DNA of 64,000 nucleotides from Octopus sinensis. Taxonomy: Eukaryota. The notes beneath the pieces are model-generated. The model saw only the letters and a program-made list of their open reading frames with translations. It did no database searches and had not been told where the DNA came from. Positions 10,805 to 25,639 of this stretch are shown here, in pieces. The translations under genes were made by a program, and so were the position numbers. Every line of letters begins with the position of its first letter. Within the stretch, counting starts at the first letter, position 1. The DNA lies in contig NC_043000.1 in NCBI RefSeq assembly GCF_006345805.1, positions 117,366,001 to 117,430,000 on the forward strand. The letters run 5' to 3'.

Positions 10805-11485
10805 GGTGCAGGAGTGGCTGTGTGGTAAGTAGCTTGCTTACCAATCACATGGTTCCGGGTTCAGTACCACTGCGTGGCAACTTGGGCAAGTGTCTTCTAC
10901 TATAGCCTCGGGACGACCAAAGCCTTGTGAGTGGACTTGGTAGACGGAAACTGAAAAGAAGCTCGTCGTATATATGTGTATATGTATATGTATATATATG
11001 TGCGTTATGTATATGTATATATATGTGCGTTATGTATATGTATATATATGTGCCGTATTTCGTCTGCCGTTACGTTCTGAGTTCAAATTCCGCCGGGGTC
11101 GACTTTGCCTTTCATCCTTTCGGGGTCGATAAATTAAGTACCAGTTACGCACTGGGGTCGATGTAATCGACTTAATCCCTTTGTCTGTCCTTGTTGGTCC
11201 CCTTTGTGTTTAGCCCCTTGTGGGTAGTAAAGAAATATATATATATGTATATATGTTTGTTTGTGTGTCTGTGTTTGTCCCCCCAACATCGCTTGACAAC
11301 CACTGCTGGTGTGTTTATGTCCCCCGTAACCTAGCGGTTCGGCAAAAGAGACCGATAGAATAAGTACTAGGCTTACAAAGCACAAATCCTGGGGTCGATT
11401 TGCTCGACTAAAGGCTGTGCTCTAGCATGGCCACAGTCAAATGACTGAAACAAGTAAAAGAGTAAAAGTGAGTAAAAGAGTAAAA
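10805..11485 (+). mobile_element. SINE family A with a 5'-truncated SINE B (11055-11237) nested in its internal microsatellite
   Basis: The A head (CCTTGGGCAAGT-type CORE-like block) and A tail are separated by the B body. Confidence 0.85.
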
Positions 11486-11695
11486 CTGAAATATGGCGTA
11501 CACACCAACTACTCACTTTTCCATCTTCGATCACATTAATGTTTACATTAGGCGTATTCGAATACGTAACGCCGTAATGTCCAGGCTATAATTGCTATAG
11601 AAAGTCTGTAGAGATAATCGTAACAAATGATTTAATAGCACTGCTAACACAGTAGAGCACATCATTGACTTACAGTGTGTTTAATATATTTTGTA

Positions 11696-12093
11696 GGCGC
11701 ACGAGTGGCTATGTGGTAAGTAGCTTGCTTACCAACCACGTGGTTCCGTGTTCAGTCCTACTCCGTGGCACCTTGGGCAAGTGTCTTCTACTATAGCCTC
11801 GGGCCGACCAAAGCCTTATGAGTGGATTTGGTAGACAGAAACTGAAAGAAGCTCATCGTATATATGTACGTGTGTGTATATGTTTGTGTGTCTGTGTTTG
11901 TCTCCCCCCAACATCGCTTGACAACCGATGCTGGTGTGTTTATGTCCACGTAACTTAGCGGTTCGGCAAAATAGACCGATCGAATGAGTACTAGGCTTAC
12001 AAAGAATAAGTCCTAGGGTCGATTTGCTCGACTAAAGGCTGTGCTCCAGCATGGCTGCAGTCAAATGACTGAAACAAATAAAAGAGTAAAAGA
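11696..12093 (+). mobile_element. SINE family A
   Basis: Full head, internal (TA/TG)n and GTAAAAGA tail. Confidence 0.85.
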
Positions 12094-12444
12094 GCAGTAT
12101 ATCATAATTGCATAACGAAACACGGAGTCCATACAACTCATGAATATGTACGTACCAGCTGCCAGGAATCTGTTTAATATGCAATAATGTTACACCGCTA
12201 TATTTAGTGGACATTTATGCAATGAGTTTGTTGATAGTTAATGGGTTGAATGAATACTGACGAAGGAGCAAAAATTGGAATATAGCATATACATCATTAC
12301 TCACTTTTCCATCTCCGTTTTCATTGTTTTTACATTAGGCGTATTCGGACTTATATTTAGGCAGCACGAGGCTATGATGGAAGACACTTGTCCAAGGGGC
12401 AACGCAGTGGAATTTACCCCGGAAACATGTAGTTCAGAAACCAA

Positions 12445-13827
12445 CTTCTTACCACGCAGCCATGCTTGCGATTACAGTTGTCGTAGTCAGACGGCTTTTG
12501 AAAATCACTCTTCATTGAACACGAATAGTTTCGCTAAGTTTGAAAATTATTCATGCAGAATTTAGAGAAATATGTTCTTTTTGTTTTCTTTTTTATTTTT
12601 ATGCAAATTTCATTTCTTCTTAAAGTTGTCTACACAGAGAACTGTGAGCGCTAAAAGGAATATTGACAATAAAGAAAATAACAGAAAAACAAAGACACAC
12701 AGATTTGTTGAACCTCAGGAGTCATGAAACAGAGAAATAGCGTATTGCTTTAGTTGTAAAACAAAATACGAAAGTTGATCATGAACACAAAGAAAATTGT
12801 GATATTTTATAGACTAAAAAATGCTTGTTTAAACATGTTGAGTGGAAATATTGGTTTCAAATATAAGGCCAACAAATTTAAGGGAGTCCAGTACGCGACT
12901 GGTACTTATTTTCCGAAAGGCAAAATTCAACCTCGGCGGAATTTGAACTCAGAACATAAAGACGAACAATATGCCGCTAAGAATTTTGCCAGGAATGCTA
13001 ATAATTCTTATTTCTTTATTGCCCACAAGGGGCTAAACACAGAGGGGACTAACAAGGACAGACAAAGGAATTAAGTCGATTATATCGACCCCAGTGCGTA
13101 ACTGGTTCTTATTTAATCGATCCCGAAAAGTTGAAAGGCAAAGTCGACCTCGGCGGAATTTGAACTCAGAACGTAACGGCAGACGAAATACGGCTACGCA
13201 TTTCACCCGGCGTGCTAACGTTTCTGCCAGCTCGCCGCCTTATGTGGTAAGAAGCCAGCTTCTTACCACACAGCCACGCCTGCGATTACAGTTGTCGTAG
13301 TCAGACAGGTTTTTGAAAATCACCTCCACACGAATAGTTTCGCTAAGTTTGAAAATTATCCATGCAGAATTTAGAGAAATGGGTTCTTTTTGTTTTCTTT
13401 TTTTCATGCAAATTTCATATCTTCTTAAAGTTGTCTACACAGAGAACTGTGAGCGCTAAAAGGAATATTGACAATAAAGAAAATAACACAACTAGTAAGC
13501 AGAAAAACAAAGACACACAGATTTGTTGAACCTCAGGAGTCATGAAACAGAGAAATAGCGTATTGCTTTAGTTGTAAAACAAAATACAAAAGTTGATCAG
13601 GAACACAAAGAAAATTGTGATATTCTATAGACTAAAAAAATGCTTGTTTAAATATGTTGAGTGGAAATATTGGTTTCAAATATAAGGCCAACAAATTTAA
13701 GGAAGTCCAGTACGCAACTGGTATTTATTTTCCGAAAGGTAAAATTCGACCTCGGCGGAATTTGAACTCAGAACATAAAGACGAACAATATGCCGCTAAG
13801 AATTGTTTGAGGAATGCTAATAATTCT
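12445..13827. repeat. ~560-bp local duplication (12445-13008 / 13259-13827) separated by a SINE B (12990-13250, minus)
   Basis: Long near-identical blocks, e.g. gcgattacagttgtcgtagtcagac and cagagaactgtgagcgctaaaagg. Confidence 0.85.
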
Positions 13828-14067
13828 GCCAGCTCGCAGCCTTTCTGTTGCATTGCATGACACTGTCACCTTTACCAGCATACTAAACAACCCTGATTAT
13901 TTGGATTTGAATCTAAAGAAACGTTTTGTAAAAAAAAAAATGTTTTGTAAAAAGAAACGTTTTGTAAAAAAAAAAATGTTTTGTAAAAAGAAACGTTTTG
14001 TAAAAAAAGTATTTCGTATCATTTAGTAAAAGATAAGTCTTTTCCACTCTTTTCATTGCTCTAGACC

Positions 14068-14291
14068 AGTGGTTCACAACCTTTTCACAGTGGTTCCCAG
14101 CAGTGATTCCTAACCCTTTTATTTAAATGAGTTTTTCCCCGGATGCCTTTTAATATACTTATCCTTATGTGTGAGTATATATATATATATAATATATATA
14201 TATATGTTAAATTTTGAATTTAGTTCACGGATCCCCAGTACTACCTTTGCGGACCACCAGGGGTCCGTGGATCCCAGGTTGGGAACCACTG
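14068..14291. mobile_element. hAT (Charlie-type) MITE
   Basis: TIR CAGTGGTTC[A/C]CAACC (14/15) and an 8-bp TSD, [C/T]TCTAGAC. Confidence 0.85.
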
Positions 14292-14691
14292 TTCTAGACC
14301 AGAGCAGCCAATACTTTTGCCCTGCACATATGTAGATTAGTAAACCTAAATGTTTTACATTTACCATCTGTTTTGAATGTTGTGCGTTTTATGATATCTT
14401 TATTATTACAGGTACACAATCCTTTATCCTGAAATCTAAAATTCGGAAGGCCACCAAAACTGAACTTTTTGTGGAGAGTTGAGTGCGTCATAACTGGGGT
14501 CGTTTGGTGCGCAAACAGCTGAGCACCGTAACCCGACTCACATAGGTATGACGTGGCAACGCTTTGCAGGTCGGCCGCCACTGACCGCCAAGCGTCATTT
14601 ATGGCTCAGCACTCGTAGTGAGAAGACGTCCATTTGCTGTTTGCTGTTTCTGTGATGCTCCTTGTGACCTTGTATATAATTTATCCTGAAA

Positions 14692-16451
14692 ATGTCAAAA
14701 AAGAACTGCAGGTACCCCAATGGATATCAGTGAGAAAAAGAAAGGGTAGCATACATCATTATCAATAACGCTGAAATTAGAGTTATTACAGACACTTGAT
14801 CGTGGTGTGTCTGTGCGGCGGCTTGCTAAAGAATACGGTGCTGGAACTAGCAGTGTGTATGATTTTAAGAAGCAGAAAGACAAATTACTGAAGTTTTATA
14901 TTGAGAATGATGATCTCAAACTAATAAAAAATAGGAAAAAACTAGACAGCGCAAAGAATGAAGATGTTGACCGTGATGATGAGATGGATTCGACAGCGAA
15001 GAAGGGAACATTTGCTATTTGATAATTTATTATTCATGAAACTAGCTAGAGTATATCATAAAGAATTTGAATATTAAAGGAGGGTATCAGTATTCAGAAG
15101 GCTGGCTGCAGGAATTTAAGAAGCGTCATGATGTAAAGTATCTAAAAATCTGTGTTGAAAAGCTTCTGCTGATTACGAAGCTGCGGAAAATTACATAGAC
15201 GAATTTATCAAGATCGTATCTGATGAAAACTTTTATCCTGAACAAATTTACAATGTTGATGAAACAGCATTGTACTGGCGCTATGTTCCAAAAAAACCTT
15301 TACAACGGCAGATGAGACAGCACCATCAGGTTTTAAGGATGCTAAGGAAAGTTTAGCTATTTTGGGGTGTGTTAATGCAGCAGGCACACACAAGGTGAAG
15401 TTGGCAGTCATTGGAAAAAGCCAACATCCGAGATGTCTGAAAGGTGTAGTTAATTTACCTGTGCATTATTACGCAAACAAGAAAGCATGGGTACCCGAGA
15501 AATATTTTCTGACGGGTTCAATTATCACTTTGTACCAGCGGCACAAGTTCATTGCAAGCAGACTGGATTGGAATAAAACTGTAAAATTGAATTGCTCCTG
15601 GACAACTGCTCCATACATACCACTGCCGAACTTCTTGTGAAAACTATTGTTTTCGGTATTTAGTTGCCTCCAAATATGACATCTGTTTTACAGCTTGTGA
15701 CCAAGGAATTTTACGTTCCATTAAAAGCAAGTATAAAAATGATTTTATGAGCTGTATGCCTTGATGCAGTCAACAAAGGAGTAAGAATGCAAGACTATCT
15801 GAAAGAATTCGCTGTTAAGGATGCCATCTGCCCGGTTGTGAATGCTTGGAATGGTATTGATAAATCAACAATAACAAATGTCTGGCACAGAATGTGGCCA
15901 ATAACGATGTTTGATGAAAATGTCCCAATAGACAACGAGTTCGGAGGACTTCGTGTCGTGCAACCAAGAAAACACCCTCCATCAGGCATTTGCCATATTC
16001 TGAACGCCTTACTTCCCTGGGCATGGATACATTGAAACTCCGACGTCTGGCAACTGACTTGGCAGACACCCATAAAATCATTAACCATCTTACAAACAAT
16101 AACTCTGAGCACCTTTTCAAACTCTACCTGTCTAGCACCCGTGGACGTTTAGAAAGTCAGAAAACAGCACAGCTCCCATCACTTTCGGAAACATTTTTTC
16201 ACGCTAAGAGTTGCTGAAGCATGGAACAGACTGCCGGCATCAGTTGTTAGTTGTCGGAGCACTGCATCCTTCAAAACTTCCATGCTTCCTGAGATTCGCC
16301 AACACTACACCTGATTTTCTCCCCTCCATACACACCAAGCATGTATCTAACTCATACACTGTTCACTTTCCAGACATTTGTTCATCACTGCATATGCTTT
16401 ATACGCACTTTTGACAAGTTGTGGTGCTCCTTAGCACTGTATACAATAATT

Positions 16452-16488
<37 letters not shown>

Positions 16489-17120
16489 CATTATTATTAT
16501 TATTATTATTATCATTATTATTATTATTATTATTATCATTATTATTATTATCATTATTATTATTATTATCATTATCATTATTATCATTATTATTATTATT
16601 ATTATTATTAATGAAAAAATGATATAAAAACTCGTTACTTACGCTAAAAGTTTATCGTGCGGAAGAGTAAGTGATCTACAATAAGTGGAAATTGAAGAAA
16701 TGCTAAACATTGGCAATGATGCACCTGTTGGGCCTTCTTTGAATGATGGGGACATTGCTGAAATGATGTTAAATACAGTTAAGAATGAAGACAGTAGTGA
16801 TGATGGCATAGAGGACACAGGTGAAAGAATTGCAACAAACGATATGGTGAAAATTTTTGGTCAGTTAATAACTGGCCTTGGACAACATGCATTTATCAGT
16901 AAACAACAGATTATGGGAGTTTACTCAATTAAAGAGACATTTCTTAGACAGAAACCTGTACTAATAAGACAAAATGACACTTGAAGAAGTCTTTTAAAAT
17001 GTCCTCTCTCGTAGTGCTACTTCATCACTTGAGAATCCCGTTTCCGGCCCATCATCAGAGGTTTGCCTGCAACCTGATAACGACGTTGGTGACACCGACG
17101 GACCCTGTTCTACAACTTAA
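14692..17120 (+). pseudogene. Tigger transposase (CENP-B-like HTH plus DDE), frameshifted and interrupted
   Basis: LDRGVSVRRLAKEYG HTH; YNVDETALYW-like segment at ~15245-15280; GCVNAAGTHKVKLAVIGKSQHPRCLK and YYANKKAW motifs. Confidence 0.88.
15958..16610 (+). mobile_element. 3' fragment of a CR1-group LINE with (ATT)n tail, inserted in the Tigger ORF
   Basis: LPYSERLTSLGMDTLKLRRLATDL...FFTLRVAEAWNRLP C-terminal motifs, followed by (ATT)n at 16455-16610. Confidence 0.85.
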
Positions 17121-17317
17121 CTGCAGCAATATATTTAGACTAGTTTGAACCAATTTATGGCTCCCGCGTACAAATAAACTGTAATACCATTTGTAGTCTT
17201 CTTTCTTTATTCAAATTAGTGTGAATACTTATGCATCTCTACAGAAATATTATAGTAATGTGTATACCTGTACTTGTGGATCGTGTATTCTTGTTTTAAA
17301 TTATCCCAATATATACT

Positions 17318-17729
17318 CTTTACTCTTTACTCTTTTGTTTCAGTCATGTGACTGTGGCCATGCTGGAGCACCACCTTTAGTCGAGCAGATCGACCCCAGG
17401 ACTTATTCTTTGGAAGCCTAGTACTTATTCTATCGGTTCTTTTGCCGAACCGCTAAGTTACGGGGACGTAAACACACCGGCATCGGTTGTCAAGCGATGT
17501 TGGGGGGACAAACACAGACACACAAACATATACACACACTTACATATATACATATATACATATATACGACGGGCTTGTTTCATTTTCCGTCTACCAAATC
17601 CACTCACAAGGCTTTGGTCGGCCCGAGGCTATAGTAGAAGACACTTGCCCAAGGTGCCACGTAGTAGGACTGAACCCAGAACCATGTGGTTGGTAAGCAA
17701 GCTACTTACCACACAGCCACTCCTACGCC
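17318..17729 (-). mobile_element. SINE family A nested in Tigger
   Basis: Reverse complement of the family A consensus. Confidence 0.85.
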
Positions 17730-18594
17730 TATATGTATTTTGTTATTTGTGATCTTAATTATTTCACTATTTCATTCACTAGTTTATTACTCTATAAATA
17801 TTTATTTTCCCCACTGCTTGTGTGTACGAATACATGTGCTTTTGTTACTGTAGTAGGACGTATGTTTTGACGTCTAGTTTACAATCTGGAGTATCTGGCT
17901 TTTGTTCTGAAATTCGAAAAAAATCCGAAATTCATAACGCAACTGTCTCTAGGAGTTCCGGATAAAGGATTGTGTACCTGCATTTCCTATTTCGTTGCAT
18001 TTAAAATTTGTCGATTGTTTAACATCCTCACTCCTTACTCCGTTTTATAATAAGTTTATTTGTGCAAAGATATGCCTCATACCAGGTTAATAACGGCTTC
18101 TATTGTTATATTGACGTCACTGCATGGAGATATGAATAACTATGGCAATTACAGCAGCGTCAGCAATAACTGCAACAATAGCTGCAACAGCAACTGTAAC
18201 AACAACAGCAAAAACAAAGAAAATTACAAAGCCACTACGATGGCAAAACAACAAAGACTATATCTTTTGTTCGCCCTATGAATTAGAAGACAACCTAAAC
18301 AATCAAAGGAAGGGTAGAAATGTTTAAAAGAATCGAGTGTAATATTGCATGACTCTGAAGGATGATGCTTCATTGCAAGGAGGGAGGTAAACAGTTCCTT
18401 CAAAAGATCCTACGCCCATAAATACAAAAGTTGAACCGCGCAGAAGCTGCAGATTTGGAAGTTAATACAAGCGGGAAATGGTTGAAGAATGACTATTAGT
18501 AGTTTTCAAACCCAGAAGGAAATAACACAGGACAATAACACAGCAAACAGGAAATATTCTTTTCGATTCTGAGCAAAAGGCCCACAATTTTGCG

Positions 18595-19178
18595 GGGAAG
18601 ATGCCAGTCGAGTAGATCGAGCCCAGTACGCATGGATAAAAGGCAAAGTCGATCTCGGTGGAATTTGAACTCAGAACGTAAAGAAAGGCGAAATACCTAT
18701 TTCTTTACTACCCACGAGGGGCTAAACACAGAGAGGACAGAGATGGATAGACAAACGGATTAAGTCGATTATATCGACCCAGTGCGTAACTGGTACTTAA
18801 TTTATCGACCCCGAAAAGATGAAAGGCAAAGTTGATCTCGGCGGAATTTGAACTCAGAACGTAGCGGGAGAGGAAATACCGCTAAGCATTTCGCCCGGTG
18901 TGCTAACGTTTCTGCCAGCTCGCCGCCTTGACGGACAAAATACCTATTTCTTTACTACCCACGAGGGGCTAAACACAGAGAGGACAAACAAGGACAGACA
19001 AACGGATTAAATCGATTACATCGACCACAGTGCGTAACTGGTACTTAATTTATCGACCCCGAAAGGTTGAAAGGCAAAGTCGACCTCGGCGGAATTTGAA
19101 CTCAGAACGTAGCGGCAGACGAAATACCGCTAAACATTTCGCCCGACGTGCTAACCTCTCTGCCGACTCGCCACCTTA
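18595..19178 (-). mobile_element. Cluster of three SINE family B copies in tandem
   Basis: Copies at ~18945-19178, ~18690-18929 and a partial variant-tail copy at ~18595-18695. Confidence 0.85.
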
Positions 19179-19804
19179 ACAGCAGCAAAACATATTAATA
19201 GCTATAACACAAGAACTATTACAAGAAAGAGAGGTGGAGAAAGAGAAAGAAAGAATGAATGAATAAGATGATTGAAATGGAGAAATGAAATGGAATGAAG
19301 AGAATGAATGAAAAGAATGAATGAAACGAATGAAAGAAAGAACGAATGAAATGAATGAATGAAAAAACTAAAGAAGGAAAGAAAGAAAGAAAGAAAGAAT
19401 GAACGAAAAGAATGAAAGAAAACAGCGACCAGCAAAAGCAGAAACATCAAAAATCGTAGCAACGACACGAAACTTACCAAAACCAGCAGAAATAACAACA
19501 TCCACAATAAAAAATTTAAAAAAAGAAACCTTTAGTATCCTTTCCTCTGGATGTAAAACGAGAAATCGATCTGTTCAAAGGCACATGAGGAAAATCTTCG
19601 CGACGGGGAAAAAGCTTTTATTAAGCCGCCATTTTAAAGACGCTAGAAAGTAAACTTCTAACAAGAGGTCTCAGTGGGATGTTAATGTCTGAGAAATAAT
19701 CTTGCCAAGCGGGGGGATCTTTCAAGAATCTTGGTAAAGAATTACCTATAAACCAGAGTGAGTAAATTTCTTTTACCTTCGTTATTGTTTGTTTTTCCTT
19801 TTAT

Positions 19805-19937
19805 TCTCTTATTTGTTTCAGTCATTTGACTGCGGCCATGCTGGTGCACCGCCTTTAGTCGAGCAAATCGACCCCCGGAACTTATGCTTTGTAAGCCTAG
19901 CACTTATTCTATCGGTCTCTTTGCCGAACCGCTAAGT
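19805..19937 (-). mobile_element. SINE family A, 3' fragment
   Basis: CATTTGACTGCGGCCATGCTGG...GCCGAACCGCTAAG. Confidence 0.8.
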
Positions 19938-20636
19938 TTTGATTGGTCTGGAGTTAGGTGACGTCAACAACTGGTGTTTGTAAAATTTCATTTCACGAAA
20001 CCAAACTTCGGCAAATACAACGAAATGACCCTTTATGAGAACCAACCAACCGGAACGACTGATGACCGTCTCCACAGTGAAGCCAACCAAGCAGAACGAC
20101 AAGCTTGACCACCGAAAAAACGTCACCAGTATTTTAACGAATCAAAAATCAGATCCACTCCCGGAATAAATTATAAATGCATCTGATCCCAAGACATAAA
20201 ACTACAAGCGAACGCGTCTACGGAAAGAGGATCAGAGAAACTGTAAACAAAATTCCCTTTTTTTTTACTATTTTCATTTGTCCCTTGTTTTTCCTCTCTT
20301 AACTCATGACTTGTCGACCACCACTAACATTAATAAACTTTGTACATTCAAACAAACTGATGTACAGTATTAACATTATTGACTGCTATGAACATTCAAA
20401 CTTGCACCTGTCCTCCTAATTCAGAATGATAAATTTATCTGTTTTGAACATTTTAATTTGTCAACATTGAAACATTTAAAGATGTTTTTCTAATTTCAAA
20501 CTTTTACCATTGACAGACCAAAAATATTGTTGAAACTAGTTTGGTATATATGTAAATAAATGTATTTTAAAAATACGAGTTTGGGAATTTTTTCCTGCGT
20601 GGAAATCCCCACCTCTTTTGTTATATATACATATAC

Positions 20637-20637
<1 letters not shown>

Positions 20638-20669
<32 letters not shown>

Positions 20670-20727
20670 TGTATGTATGTATGTATGTATGTATGTATGT
20701 ATGTATGTATATACATACATACATACA

Positions 20728-20760
<33 letters not shown>

Positions 20761-20765
20761 GTATA
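20638..20765. repeat. (ATGT)n/(ACAT)n inverted microsatellite
   Basis: Direct reading. Confidence 0.9.
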
Positions 20766-20926
20766 TGTATTATAAATAGATGAGTGTATATTTACCTTGT
20801 TAACAATTAACACGGAAAAAATAAATAAATAGTTACCAGGGCAGCAAAGATCTCACAAGTAAAGGTGTTGTAACTCCTTGTTTATAAAGGTAGAAACTTC
20901 GTGTTTACGTTGAATATTTTGAATAA

Positions 20927-21681
<755 letters not shown>

Positions 21682-21682
<1 letters not shown>

Positions 21683-21984
21683 TGATACGTTGCTAGCCAC
21701 TATACATTCTTTATTTTATCTTCTTCTTTCTTTCTGTGTTCCTTTCTGTGGAGGAGCGTAGGCTCGAAACGTTAAAGAATTTTTCACTTCCCGAGCGTTA
21801 TACTAATACATCTGTTTGTTGTCTGCACCACCTGCCTTCGTCTTTTTTATTTTTGTGAATTCTCCCTATATATATATATATAGGGAGAATTTAACTTTTC
21901 GAGTGTACGCTCCTCCACAGAAAGGAACACAGAAAGAAAGAAGGAGATAAAATAAAGAATGTGTAGTGGCTAGCGATCTATCAT
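21682..21984. mobile_element. Tail-to-tail inverted pair of Penelope-like terminal repeats around (TA)n, with minimal hammerhead-like motifs
   Basis: The plus copy has CTTT-CTGTGGA-G-GAGC/GCTC-GAAACGTT-AAAG (21742-21777). The mirrored copy at 21880-21984 is internally deleted. Confidence 0.6.
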
Positions 21985-22016
21985 ATATATATCTATCTAT
22001 ATATATATATTATATA

Positions 22017-22029
<13 letters not shown>

Positions 22030-22055
<26 letters not shown>

Positions 22056-22218
22056 GATGGGCTTCTTTCAGTTTCCGTCTACCAAATCCACTCACAAGGC
22101 TTTGGTCGGCCCGATGCTATAGTAGAAGACACTTGCCCAAGGTGCCACGCAGTGGGACTGAACCCAGAACCATGTGGTTGGTAAGCAAACTACTTACCAC
22201 GCAGCCACTCCTGCGCCT
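22030..22218 (-). mobile_element. SINE family A, 5' half
   Basis: Reverse-complement head. Confidence 0.8.
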
Positions 22219-22789
22219 ATTGTTTGTTTATTTTTTAAATGTTTTTCTCATCCTTTTAATACAGCCTCAGTAAGAAAAAAGGGTATAAACGCACGTGACC
22301 TGGGATCCTTGTGGAAGCAGAGATACCTGATCAATGACCTCGAGTCACTATGTCAAGATGCGTTACACATCACACTGCAAGAGCAGAATTTTTTAGACAC
22401 ACTCGTTCCACTACATCTGGGTGACTCATAAGAAGGAGTGCGTCTCTTTCGCCTGGCTTGTATTGAACCGTGGATCCAGAGGTGAACACGATCATCATAA
22501 ACTAGGATGGGAGGTTGATAACACTGGCCGAAAGAAAGTAAGAAAAAAGAGAGGGAGGGGGAGAGACGAAAGGAGGGAGCGACGGTGGTGCCTTCAGAAT
22601 AGTGGCCGTTTTCCACGTGCAAGCTAGACATCATCACTGCCTGAACGGCACTAACGCCAATGACAACTAATAGGGACATACGTATTTGGCGTTATTCAGC
22701 AGCAGAGAGAGTGGGGAGACAGACAGACAGGCAGGCAAACTGAGGGGAAGGGTGAGAGGAAGGTAGGGACGGGCGAAGGACGGGGTGTG

Positions 22790-23440
22790 GGAAAGGAAGG
22801 AAAGAAGAAAGGAAGAACAAAAGGAAGGAAAAAGAAAGGAAAAAAGGAAAGAATTAAAGAAGGAAGAACGGAAGGAAGAAAGAAAGACAGAAAGAAAGAG
22901 AGAGAGAAAAAAGAAAGAAAGAAGGAAAGAAAGAGAGGGAGGGAGGGAGGAAGGAAGGAAAGGGAGGAAGGAAAGAAAGAGAGGGATGGAGGAAGGAAAG
23001 AAGAGAGGGAGGGAGGGAGGAAGGAAAGAAAGAGAGGAAGGGAGGAAGGAAAGAAAGAGAGGGATGGAGGAAGGAAAGAAAGAGAGGAAGGTAGGAGGGA
23101 GGGAGGAAAGAAAGAAAGAAAGAAAGAAAGACAGAAAGAATGAAAAAAGAAGGAAAGAAGAAAGAAAGAAAGAAGGAAAGAAAGAGAGGAAGGGAGGAAG
23201 GAAAGAAAGAGAGGAGGGAGGAAGGAAAGAAAGAGAGGGATGGAGGAAGGAAAGAAAGAGAGGAAGGTAGGAGGGAGGGAGGAAAGAAAGAAAGAAAGAA
23301 AGACAGAAAGAATGAAAAAAGAAGGAAAGAAGAAGGAAAGAAGAAAGAAATAACGAAAGAAAGAGAGAAAGAAAGAAAACAAGAAAGACAGAAAGTAAGG
23401 AAGGAAGGAAGGAAGAAAGAAAAGAAGATAGGAAGAAAGC
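22790..23440. repeat. Polypurine (GAAA/GGAA/GGGA)n tract with higher-order repeats
   Basis: Direct reading; the ORFs here are artefacts. Confidence 0.95.
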
Positions 23441-23561
23441 GCAGGTGCTGCCTACATCTAGGAAGTATCACCACAACTCATTAAAAAAACAGAGCCACGT
23501 AAATAGATCCCTCAGAATTAGTGTGACGTCACCTCCACTTTGGCATTCCGATTCACTCGCT

Positions 23562-24490
<929 letters not shown>

Positions 24491-24617
24491 TACATAACAG
24501 CCCACTAACTATTCTACTCTACCTGTATAGACTGTGAGTATGGGGGTATGATATCTACTATGTATATTTCCTATTTAATATTGGGTAAGTTTCATTTATG
24601 AGGAGGTACTCCTGTAT

Positions 24618-25020
24618 AGGCGCAGGAGTGGCTGTGTGGTAAGTAGCTTGCTAACCAACCACATGGTTCTGGGTTCAGTCCCACTGCGTGGCATCTTGGG
24701 CAAGTGTCTTCTGCTATAGCCCCGGGCCGACCAATGCCTTGTGAGTGGATTTGGTAGACGGAAACTGAAAGAAGCCCGTCGTATATATGTATATGTGTGT
24801 ATGTGTGTGTGTTTGTCTTCCTAGCATTGCTTGACAACCGATGCTGGTGTGTTTACGTCCCCGTCATCTAGCGGTTCGGCAAAAGAGACCGATAGAATAA
24901 GTACTGGGCTTACAATTAATAAGTCCCGGGGTCGATTTGCTCGACTAAAGGCGGTGCTCCAGCATGGCCGCAGTCAAATGACTGAAACAAGTAAAAGAGA
25001 GTAAAAGAGAGAAAGAGAGA
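24618..25020 (+). mobile_element. SINE family A
   Basis: Full-length match to the other copies. Confidence 0.85.
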
Positions 25021-25326
25021 GTACTCCTGTATTTGTCTGAGTGTTGGTTTCTTTGGATGCTTGGATGCGGATATCAAGATGACGCAGATTGCCTCCATGT
25101 TGATCCTTGGCATATTTGTAGATTATGGTGGGCTGTTTGTTGTCGTCATATTGTCTCAAATCCTCATGCTCCAAGATGTCTTCCCTCTGTCCCATTTTCA
25201 TAATTTTTATGTACGCAGCACCTTGTGCAAGTGTCTTCAACTATAGACCTGCATCAGCCAACGCTCTGTGAGTAACTTTGGCTGGCGGAAACTATATAGA
25301 AGCTCGTCGTGTACATATATTCATAT

Positions 25327-25364
<38 letters not shown>

Positions 25365-25369
<5 letters not shown>

Positions 25370-25620
25370 ATCCAAACAAGAAAACACAGAAAAAAAGAGA
25401 GAAAAAAAAACACAGCAACGCAGGACGTGGAACAATTAAGGTATTATTGACGCTCAGGAAAGAAGGGAAGGAGGGTTTAACGTTTCGAGCGGCGCTCTTC
25501 GTCGGAAACAAGGAGAAGGAAAGATCCCAAGAAGAGAAGACAGAGGAAAAAATATTTGAGCTGGTGGTGCTCAAGAGATCACATGTTGAAAGAACAGAAG
25601 TTGAGAGGTAGTCCAATCAT
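25365..25620 (-). mobile_element. Penelope-like terminal repeat with minimal hammerhead (25475-25509)
   Basis: Minus strand reads GTTT-CCGACGA-A-GAGC GCC GCTC-GAAACGTT-AAAC. Confidence 0.65.
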
Positions 25621-25639
25621 GGTTTCAAAAAACGAATGC

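Larger units (their letters stand above)
14409..17980 (+). mobile_element. Tigger/pogo DNA transposon, full length, decayed, with nested insertions
   Basis: Perfect 21-bp TIRs, CAGGTACACAATCCTTTATCC (14409-14429 / 17960-17980). The left flank is TA. Confidence 0.92.

Noticed and set aside
20068-20128. CTGATGA ... GAAA ... GTC spacing resembling a hammerhead
   Set aside because: Stems I and II do not pair.
22696-23484. Long F/L/S/P-rich and K/E/R/G-rich ORFs
   Set aside because: Artefacts of the polypurine tract.
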